64,000 nucleotides of DNA from Hydrolagus colliei. Its lineage: Eukaryota. Location: NCBI GenBank assembly GCA_035084275.1, contig CM068758.1:5518001-5582000 (forward strand), in the 5' to 3' direction. Below the pieces are notes generated by a model. It saw nothing but the letters and a program-made list of their open reading frames with translations. It ran no database searches and was not told where the DNA came from. Shown here piece after piece: positions 23,979 through 34,237 of this stretch. How positions within the stretch are numbered: the stretch's first letter is position 1; each line of letters begins with the position of its first letter. Position numbers and translations under genes: made by a program.

Positions 23979-24067
23979 GCAATTTCCCAATGACTTGGAT
24001 CTGCCTTTTGGGCTGGAGCTCCTGCGATGTACCACATCCAACTTAATACTGGATCAGCTCCTGGGAA

Positions 24068-24073
24068 AATAAA
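24068..24073 (+). terminator. Candidate polyadenylation signal AATAAA of the MGAT5B-like gene (other candidates near 24711, 25070 and ATTAAA near 27700)
   Basis: First AATAAA about 90 nt after the stop codon, followed by T/GT-rich sequence. Which signal is used cannot be determined from sequence. Confidence 0.35.
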
Positions 24074-25139
24074 CTATTTTCTTATTAACGTGTGCTTCTG
24101 CAGGGGCCTCTCATTCACCTGTGTGCCATTAATCTGGGCACATCTGTGCGGAGCTCTGCACCACATCTGGAAACGGGAATGGTTTTGTTGAGGACCGTAT
24201 TGGACTACCTCTCCCTGAAAATCTATAGCGGTGACAATAAGTAACCAAATATTGTGGGGAAAAAAGTAAAGCGGCGTTAACCCTTTTATCACCGAATAGA
24301 TGGTTTATTCGTGCGTACTGTGCATTTTGTTTATTTACAATTTGATGTTCATTTGACATCTCATCAGAACGAGTTTCAGAGAATCATAAAATTATTATTA
24401 TTTTTGGAGGGATGAATCTTGTCCATCAAAGTGAGGGACGATATTGTTAGGAATAGGATAGTTTGCCGCTGGTTTTGACCTGCCTGAGTGAGATTGCCAC
24501 CTTATTGTTTTATTTATTCTGAACTGTGAGCAGCATTGTGCTGCAGACCCACATGTGTTCAGATTGGCAAAGTTCATTTTGCTGACAATCGTGAGAGAGA
24601 GGAGAGTCTCATTCCATCACTCCTTGATATTTGGAAATAAGGTAAGTGCAGTGAAAGTATGGAGTGGTAACCCAGTCTACCATCCCGTCTCTTATTATTT
24701 TGCACCAAATAATAAAATGATTAACGAGAAAATGCAATAATGAAATGCTATAGAATGTGTCTAATAGCTTAAAAACTGTGATTGTTTTTGCTACCTCTGA
24801 TGAGATATTATTCTACGAGAAGGACATTATATAAATGCACGTTGTTGTTAGATTTTAGGGTAACACATTGCTCCTATTTCACAAGAGGAACGTCTTGCAC
24901 TCAACTGGGAGCTCCTGAGACATAAGTGGGTTTGGGTGGGTTTACGAGCCGTTCATCCATTGATTTATCAGTTAGTCACTGCTATCTTTGTAAAGAGTCT
25001 TTATTTATAAATGACAATTCATCATTTATCAAGAATATAAAATATGTACTTGTTTTACTTTGGAATTCCAATAAAGAATCTGGAATGTGAGCATGGCTTG
25101 AATAATTTATACATTGGAATTGTGTGTAATATATGCAGC

Positions 25140-25375
25140 ACAGAAACAGGCCATTTGGCCCAAATGGTCTATGCCGGCGTTTACTCTCCACATAAATCCC
25201 CTCCTGCCCTTACTCAACTAAGCATAACCTTCTATTCCTTTCTCCCTCATGTACCTATCTAGCATCCCCTTAAACACATCTATGCTATTTGCCTCAACAA
25301 CAACTTGTGGTAGTAAGTTCCACATTCCCATTACTTTCTGCATAAAGGAATTCCTTCTAACTTCCCTATTTGATC
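25140..25375 (-). mobile_element. CR1 LINE 3' end
   Basis: cagaaacaggccatttggcccaa...ccacattcccattact is the reverse of a CR1 ORF2 end and 3'UTR. Other CR1 3' relics at about 13000-13200, 28190-28375, 35240-35480, 38060-38290, 51130-51500, 52470-52690 and 58600-58810. Confidence 0.75.
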
Positions 25376-28300
25376 ATTTGTGACTATTTTATATTGATGG
25401 CCCCTGGTTTTGCACCCCCACCTCCCCCCCCCTCCCCGCCACAGACACACACACAATTTCTATCCAGCATAATCAATACCTGAAAGTGTTGCAGCCTGGA
25501 ACCTAATGGCAAATGAGCATGTTCAGTGTTTGTAATTATGCTCTTGAGGTCCTTTGATGTTTTTGCTGGTGGATGAGCCAATTTCCTTCTTATCACCTTA
25601 TCAAAGTAGACACTCATCATGTCTGAGTTTATGCATAGTGAATGCCTATAGACTTATTTAATTTGGGGTGATGAGGGTGGACATTATAGCTGAGCTTGAT
25701 TCCATCCTTACTCAATCTCCAATTTATGTGGTCAGAAAAGAGCAGTTTCCTACTCACTGGCAACTCAAACACTGGAGTATCCTGACCTTGACCACCCTTT
25801 CTTGTTGCAATCATAAATTGCCATCTGATTAATTACCATACTCCCTGTGGTCTATCCTGAACTTGCCTCCTGCAACACTAAACCTAGGTCTTCTGGTTCA
25901 ACTGTTTTGGTGCATCTGAAAGATGATCCAGGTTCTGATAAAAGGTTAAAACGTGCTTGAGCTACATTAGATATCCCAAACTGCTTTCAATTTGATATTC
26001 GTGCTGAGTGTGGCTGGTAGTGGGTGAAAGGTCGGCTGCTTTTCCAATCGAAGCAAACAGTTATCTGCAATCAATGTCAGTGTCTTGCATTTGTATCAGA
26101 CTAACTTTGGTAGTGATACAAGGATGTGATGGTACGTTCCACAAAGAAGACACAGTAGAGATAGGCCCAAATACTGTAATTGCATTTCATTGTTTCCCTT
26201 GTTGGTGCAAAATTGATGCAGCAGAGAACATTATCTTAGATCACAGCTTCACCCAGACAATGACTGTTTTGTCTACATTCAATTTTATTATTGAATGGTT
26301 TGAGAATAAGATACTACCTCTATCGCCTCATTCCAATAAAAGTTTATCAGCTGAAAACAACTACAACAAAATTACGCTTGTATAGCGCCTTTCACATCAG
26401 GAGGACGCCCCAAGGCGCAGGAGTCACTGCTTCAAACCTCTCTCTCTCTCTACTTTATACGTTACTTTTTCTAGCTGCCAAAGGTCTTTAACACAAACAG
26501 GATATATGGTCCACAATTGTAGAGCATCCTGCCAATTGTAATACAGCGACATTTCTATACATTCATATTTACTGAGCTGGAAGTCATTGACTTATTTTTG
26601 CATATACAGTACATTCTCCTAGTGGTGGTAGGGGGGGAATCAGGTAGGGTTGACTGATTTGTAATATGCTCTAAATTCAACGAACTAGATGAACTGCTGA
26701 GGAGATATTATCAATCTTGCTGCCCCGACTTTATTTTTCTATTTCACTGATACTTTCTCCTTTTTTAAGAAAAAAACTGTTCTTCCAAGTTCTGTTGAGA
26801 CATGGATCAGTGTGGCGTTTATTCCAAAATCAACAGCAAATTGAGCTTGAACCATTAGAAATGTAACATGGGTTCTTACCGAAGACAAACATCACTTGTT
26901 CATATTTGGATTGATTAATGGAAATTTCATAATTTTCAGATTTCAGTTAAATCTGACGCAGATTTCCCATTAATCATGGAAGGACATTATTTCCAGAAGC
27001 TATTTCCTACATTCTGCAGGCACCTGTACCTCTGTAGGTAACTTTTATGAGCTTTGGTTTCCTTTCCTTATAGTAGATGATCTGATATGGTATAATCTGC
27101 ATGTCCACTCAACAGCAATGTAATTGAGATCCTGAAAATGCTAATCCTAACATTGAAAGAATGCAGATTTTTTTCAGAAGTTAAAATCACCAGATCATTA
27201 TTATTTCTCATGGTGCCCAGAAAGATCTCAGCTTCCAGGTAAAATGGAGCGGTGATTGGCTGGTCTGAGCGGTTATACACTCGAAGAATAATAATAATCC
27301 TTGCATTTGATATAACTCCTTCGAGACATCTCAAACATCTTTGAGGAATATACTGTAAAGTGAATTGACTGTACATTTTGCGGTGGAAACGCCCATAAAT
27401 ATACGGATGTCGGAATCTCGAGCGATAAGTATCAGGTGCCAATCACCTAGGACCTTAGGAATCATTCACAAGGGCAGCCGGGCAACTTCCAATTGAAGCC
27501 GGTTCGCCCACGGTGCCCAGCATTCCACTTCCACAGTTTTTTCATTATGCCTATGCTTAGTGGAAACTTATTTCACCTGCAGGTCAGAAATGTTATGCCA
27601 TTGTGTCCATTGTGAGATAAAAGTACCTCTTTTATATATTTATTATTCACTATTTGTATGCAATTTAATTGATGCTACATGCGTACACATTGTGACTGAA
27701 TTAAACAGTTATAATACAGTACAGGAACTGTACTGTATGTAAGTACCAATTGTTTTGAAGTACAGTGTACTTTATGTGATGACCTGATATGTACACTGGT
27801 CCCAATGAGAGTACATTTGTTTCTCTCTCTCAAATGTACTTCAATCAAATAGTTCCCATAATGTGTAAAGTCAGCAGCACCATTTGATGGCTCTGCTGTA
27901 TTTTTTTCTGTTTGAATTAACATTGCCTGAAAATGTTTTTGGTTAAATAACAGAATCATTGAATTATACAGCATCGTACAATGGAATGATACCATTCAGC
28001 CCATTGAGCCGTGAAGAAATATCATTAACATCTTTTTGGTTTTTTTCTCCTGCTGCATTTAAACGTTCCCTTGAGAATCATGATCTTGAAATCACAACAG
28101 GAGAGCATCAATTAAACGTTGTGACCTGGGGGAGTAAAAGGAAGGGTTGGAAAGAACTTGTACTCCAAGAGAGCTGTCAGTGTATGGAATGATTTGCTAG
28201 GATGGCTGCTAGGACCGTCGATTGGGGTATTTAACAAAAATTGTACAAGCACCCGCAGGGGAAATGTATTGGAGGAAATGGGGAAAAAAGCAGGGATTCA

Positions 28301-28519
28301 GATTTCAATGTATTGCTCCCTGGAAGGGTAACACCTACATAAAAAAAATCAACTAATGGCTTCCTACTGTGCTGCTCCATGTCTCCTGCCCACCGACCCT
28401 ACAATCGGAGGCCGGGCTTGCAGCCTCTCTGCCCCCACCCTTTGGAACTCCAATCAGGAGGGGCTTGGTCTGACATTCAGCTGTAGAAAGTTGGCTTTCA
28501 TCCTGGACTTCATGTTAGG

Positions 28520-28830
28520 ATGTCAGTTGTCCTGGAACAGAGGGTGGGGGGCAGTGAGATAGAGTTGTACGTTTTCTGCATAGATTCGGAAGTTGATCCT
28601 ATATCTGCGAATGATGTCACCAAGGGTACAAGTTGAAGAGGGGATGCCTGAAGACAGAGGCTTGAGAAAGACTGTGTGGGGGCTGGAAGAAAAACCATTG
28701 GTGGAGACAAATTGGAGACCGTGTGAAAGATAAGACCTGAAGCAGGACAACCTGCAGCACTTCTCTAGGGCAGCAGAGAGGTCAAGGAGGATGAGGAGGC
28801 AGAGGGAGTCCTGGTCACATATGGACAATA
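28520..28830 (-). mobile_element. L2 LINE reverse-transcriptase fragment (decayed)
   Basis: ORF 28523..28828 reads LLILLDLSAA...FRSYLS...NGFSSSP...LGDIIRRYRINFRIYAENVQLYL, equivalent to L2 RT LLDLSAAFD...YADDTQLY. Confidence 0.85.
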
Positions 28831-29372
28831 CTTGTGACTGTTTAACAAATTAAAGAGGTTAATGATAGATAGCAAGGCATAGGAAATATTCAACCCTTTT
28901 GTTTTCTATCAAACAGAGATCTTAAGCGTATAGTGCAGAATGACCCAGACAACAAACCAGATGGTTGGAGGTTAAGGCTTCAGTACATAAATAGAATATT
29001 TGTTGAGGATGATGGATTTTGATAGTTTGTTAACAGAAGGAAGGATACTAGTTGCCTTAAAGTTGTCAGGATCAGATTACAGATTTTCTTAAAATGCTGA
29101 TGACATTTACTGATACCAGTTGAAGAAAGAAAATGTGTCAGTTCAAGCCAAAAGCAGGAACATCAGAGGCTGCATTTCACCAGATCAATGGTACTGAGCA
29201 TCCTTAAAGCATTCTAACGATGCTCACAAAACTGAGATATGAAAATGCTCTGGAGGACCCTGGGATGATGTCTTCACTAAAGTCATATTTCTACAATGGA
29301 GCAGACGAGAGTGAATGCCAACTCTGCCTGACCTTGTGTCATAACATTTTCTCGCAAATAGAAATCTTAAGT

Positions 29373-29680
29373 GAGTCCTGTAGCTCAGTGGTCAGAGCAC
29401 TTGCCTTACAAGCGAGAGACCTGAGTTCAGTTCCAGGCAGGACGGAATCTTGGGCAAGTTTCCTTACTCCACATGCCTAAGAATAATCCCTCAAAAAAAA
29501 CAATAATAACTTGGTCAATTCAACTGCGACTGTTTGTGTGGACGCTGCTGTATGCAATTGGCTGCCGCATTTCGCCCACAAATATACAGTCAATTCATTT
29601 TAAAGTATTTTCTGTGAAGCGCTTTGAGACATTTAGAAGATGTGAAAAGCACTATATCAAATGCGAAGATTATTATTATA
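29373..29680 (+). mobile_element. Full-length tRNA-derived SINE with L2-type 3' tail
   Basis: A-box TAGCTCAGTGG, B-box GAGTTCAGTTCC, unique body, and tail gaaaagcactatatcaaatgcgaagattattatt. Confidence 0.9.
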
Positions 29681-32161
29681 ACATTTGGATTGGGGAGCAG
29701 TTTCAGAGATCAGAAATGAAAGTTGTGTTTTTTGAAATTCGTGGGACTTTTGCACAAACAGGTCATGTCTGCAGTTGAGCTTGAAGGATCACACCACCAC
29801 CACCACCACCAACAACAACAACAGATTGCATTTATTTTTCCATTCAATATAATAATGATAATAATAATAGGGTTGGAATCCAGAAGCATGAGAGGATGGG
29901 TCACTGAGAAGGATGGGAAAGGTCAGGACCCAGGACTTATTTAAGAAACAATTTAATCCTGCAATGGAGAGCAAGTAAGAGAGTGGTATTAGTTTAGGTG
30001 ACTTATTTGGAGGAAAACATCAATGGAATCTTGAAGATCTGAATGGGCTATTTGTGCAATATTCTACGATTCTAGAATCCATCCACAGGAATAAGTTACT
30101 GGATATTTCCCCACAGCAAGAGTTAAAAAAACACTGCAAGACTGATGGTGCTATTAAAGCTTGGACCAGATCGTTATAATGCAATCCTTTGGGATGTCCT
30201 CCTGACGTGAAAGGTGCTATGCAAATGTAATTTTGTTGGTGTTGCTGTTTTTGTTGCTCTATACATAGTGGATCACTTGTTGCATGATGATTTTCTCTCA
30301 TAAGAAGGGGGAGCCCTGAATCCCGGGATCATCTAACAAATGGGCAACCTCTGACTGAAATCTATTATAAAGTAATAGATGAAGGGGATGTGAGCAGCAA
30401 ATAGCTACCAGGCAGCCTCAAAGGCGGGTTCCAATGTACCTATTTTAATTTCAAATCTTTATTTAAAAAAAAGACACTAAACTACATTCAGATGTTTTTT
30501 TTCTACTATGAGGCCTCTGATGTTAGTACAAAGTCTCAACTTGAAAAAGGAGTTGAAAGTTTTATGTTTTTTGTGTGAGTGTGTATACACAATTGTAATG
30601 AAACCAATGTTATTTCTTTGGTGGTCGGAATATAAGACAAGTGGTCTTTTGCCACAGAGATGGTTTTGTGACTTAAACATTGCAATTACCTGTAAAGTAT
30701 ATCCCATGGTCTGACCGATGGGATAAAAGTGATTGCGGTCTGCATTCACGTGCGTGCGCTGGATCAAGGCTTTGCTTCTGCAGTCAACTAATTGGAAGTT
30801 ATATAACACCAAGTGCGTTGTTTTTACAGTAGCAGCTTGAAGGGTATTTCTACCCCTGGCAAAATTCTATGCCACAAAAATAATTAAGAGGTCAAATGGA
30901 CATGAAAGCGCTTGGATGTCGTGATCTCAGAATGATCACTGTAGAAAAGCAAAGGAGAAAAACGCACAAATACTTATAAATAGAATATTCGAGTCAGATG
31001 GTTGAATGTGGTCAGTTCCTCGGCCAACATAATGTGCTTCAAGCTGCTGAGATTTGCTGGTGGCACGTATTGTTCTGTTTTATTTTTATTTGGGTGATTT
31101 TCTCATGAGGTTCAGGAATGCCAATCCAAAGGAATAGGACCTTTTCCTACTTCTGTGCCTTAATCTTGGCACCAGGCAAACATCTGATTAATTGAAGGGC
31201 ATAGATTCCACTCTCCAAATGGCCTTCATCCCTAATCTGGGAAGATTGCATCAGTATTGACCTTCTATGGACCCATTACCTATTTGGAGCTGGGTTGAGA
31301 TTGTCCAAAATTTGTTTTGATTTGATTTGAATCAAGTTCCGAAAGGTTAATGGCCAATACTAACCTGCTGCGTTGTCACTCCTATTTGCTAAATCAATAT
31401 ATTGTTAGTCAATTGGCAGATCGCTTTCGGACGGGTCATAATCTTTCCAAAAAAATATTGATCACTCAATCCACAACTGTTTGTTGGATAATGCTGTGCA
31501 TAATAGGCTGGCATGTTTCACCCACAAAAAATACAGTCACTGCACTTTATAGTATATCCTTTGAAGCATTTGGAGACGTCTCGATAATGTGATGAGGTGC
31601 TATATCAAATGTAAAGATTATTATTATACTTTAAAGTGTGTTTAAGGACAGCGGGAAGTTCGGACCATCCTGCCCTTTGGCATTCAAGGTTAATAGATGC
31701 AGAGTCAGAGTAATCCAAGCCCCACAGTGCCAGCCAGCTCTGCTTCTCCAAGTCTCACCCATGACTGTTTTAGTCTGGCATTCATAGTGCCCAGGAGTAC
31801 TGCAGATCTGCCCGACTCAGGCCGAGACCATCAGAGATCACCTTGGATCACCCGTCAGCCAATTTGGGCCAGAGTCCCCAGGGATGAATTTTGGATTAAA
31901 AATGGGAGTGGGTAAACCTGGGCTAATGGAAAAGTGTGGATATATTTGCCCCAAATTGTGGGGAGATTAGGAGATTTTGCGGAGAATTGCTGGCGAATTT
32001 GCAGAAAACGACAGGAAGTTGATCGGTGCTATTCAGGTAACTTCTAACGTACATTTTTTCCACTTTATTGATTAAAAACTAAACATGAGGAAATAACACA
32101 TGTTTAGATTGTTGAAAAAAAAAGCTTCTTTAACAAAAACTGGGGGAGTGGAGGGGAGGCT

Positions 32162-32425
32162 CACACACCAGAGAGGCTACAGCTCTCAGGGCCAATCACC
32201 CCACACAGACCCAGTGAGAGAGACACACACACACAGAGACATACATAGACAGAGACAGACAGACAGAGAGAGAGATGGACACAGAGACAGACCTACAAAC
32301 ACACAGAGAGGGAGACACAAACATCCACACAACAGACACTCACAAACAGAGAAAGTGACACACAAACAGACAGACATACACACACACACACAGACAGACA
32401 GATACACACAGAGACAGACACATAC
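32162..32425. repeat. Compound (CA)/(GA)/(CAGA) low-complexity microsatellite
   Basis: Visible directly: acacacagagacagacagacagagag... Confidence 0.9.
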
Positions 32426-32439
32426 CCCCCCACTGCAGT

Positions 32440-32582
32440 GAAGCCGATTTGCACATGTGCGTCTGGAGCGCCTCGCCCGCGGTGACGTCAGATAAACAGC
32501 CGTGCGGCCCACGGGCCGGAGACCGACACCGAGAGCGGGTTTGGGGCGGATTCCGCGGGAAAGCTGCTGCCGCTGGGTGAGT
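32440..32582 (+). promoter_or_regulatory. CpG-rich promoter and probable non-coding first exon of an unidentified downstream gene
   Basis: Dense CpG cluster in a CpG-depleted background. Perfect CRE TGACGTCA at 32483-32490, GATAAA at 32491, GC box GGGGCGG at 32543-32549, E2F-like GCGGGAAA at 32555-32562, and consensus donor TGG|GTGAGT at 32577. Confidence 0.7.
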
Positions 32583-32950
32583 TTTTTTTATATAGGCTCA
32601 GGTGATGGCATTAATCACCAAACTCTTCTATGGCAGTGTGAGGGTTAATGGGGGTGGGGGGGGGGGTGGGTGGGGGTGGGGGAGCATTGGGTTTGGAAAC
32701 TGACTTTACAGCTGGGTTTCAATCCTGAACAGCTGAGCAAAACATCTGTGTTTGATGACTGGCTGTAAGGTGCTGTATAAAATGATCAAGCTCAAATCTG
32801 TTCGTAATAGACTCACAGCGCAAAACTGCCAATGCAACAGTAACATGGCAATTTCACTCACAGGTCCATGTGGGACGCCTGATGCGGGGAAATTTAAAAT
32901 GCCAGCGAAGGGGTAATTTTTCTGACATTGAGGCAAATGCACGAGATGGG

Positions 32951-33236
32951 ATAATAGTAATAACCATTGCATTTAATATAGCGCTTTTCACGTCTTCCAG
33001 ACGTCTCAAAGCGCTTCTCAGAATATACTGTAAAGTGAATTGACCTTAAATGTGAGGGGGAAACTTGGCAGCCAATTGCACACAGCAGTGCCCCAAAAAC
33101 AGTCGTGGATTGAAATGACCAACATTTTATGGGTTTTATTTCGAGGGAGGTGTGTTCAAGGTTTCGCCCTGCCTGGAATCGAACCCAGGTCTCTTGCTTG
33201 AAAGGCGAGTGCTCTAACCACTGAGCTACAAGACTC
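32951..33236 (-). mobile_element. Full-length tRNA-derived SINE
   Basis: Reverse complement begins gagtcttgtagctcagtggttagagcactcgcc...ggttcgattccagg; (TTA)n-type tail near 32951. Confidence 0.9.
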
Positions 33237-34041
33237 GTAGCCTTAATCTATCTCTAATCTGAGCGAGTCTAACTGTCTTGTGTCCTAGAGTCTGGATAGG
33301 AGGGAAATTTGTATACATCATTACTGTTGGGAGATAGGAGAACTCTAATATCATTAATTGTCAGGCAGAGTGAGATGGGAAATAACGGAAACAAAATCAA
33401 TACAGGCACGATGTGAGAACTTTTCAGTGAGAACTTGAAATGTGCATCGCATATCGATTACAGAGCTTCTCGTTGTGCTTGGGTAGTGTACAAATCTAAG
33501 CACCTGCTCAGTCATATTTATAATAATAATGATAATATTTGTTGAAATATAGGGATGATTCATTGCCTGGGTCTGTGCGATGCATTTGGATCAACCTCCT
33601 TTATCATGCGACAGAACAAAGCGTTTCCTTGCCCAGGTGCTGCTCGGGATATGTGCAGAATGCTACTAGCTACTGTGGTGGGGCACCCGCACTGACAGGT
33701 CATGGCCCCCCACCCCCCGCCAGACACACACCAACCAGAATCCTGCTTCTAAGTTGTCTGCCACAGCAATGGAGCTGGGAAGTGGAGCTGACCATTCAGA
33801 AGTTGTCGCCTGTACTGTATGTCAAACTCAATGACCCACACTTCCGACAGTTACTGCTGGTGAGTCAATCTCCACTTTGATAGGCTACACATTCAACTCC
33901 TTCCCGAACACAGTGCAGCCACCAGTCCTTAAAGCAACAGCTTTATTTAATTCATTTAATTGAGGGGGCCTCAGAATTTGGTTGAAACTAAGACATGAAT
34001 TGGCATGTTATCCAAGTGCTAAGCATCGTAATATGTACTAT

Positions 34042-34237
34042 AACAAAACACGCAATACTACAGATGCTGGGAATCTGAAACAAAAACAGAAGTTGCTGGG
34101 AAAACTCAGCAGGTCAGGCAGCATCCATGGAGAAAGGAAAAAGAGTTAAGAGTCAAAGGGTCTACTTGTAGACCCGACTCTTTTTCCTTTCTCCATGGAT
34201 GCTGCCTGACCTGCTGAGTTTCTTCAGCAACTTCTGA
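34042..34237. mobile_element. Palindromic Penelope-derived element with 13-bp TSD
   Basis: Near-perfect inverted arms of about 60 bp (34087-34146 vs 34177-34236). TSD TAATATGTAC(T/C)AT at 34029-34041 and 34238-34250. Confidence 0.8.

Noticed and set aside
29373-29445. tRNA gene (A and B boxes)
   Set aside because: It continues into a SINE body and tail found in many copies, and it lacks a proper cloverleaf and acceptor stem.
32100-32512. ORFs of 113 aa (+) and 108 aa (-)
   Set aside because: They are translations of the CA/GA microsatellite.
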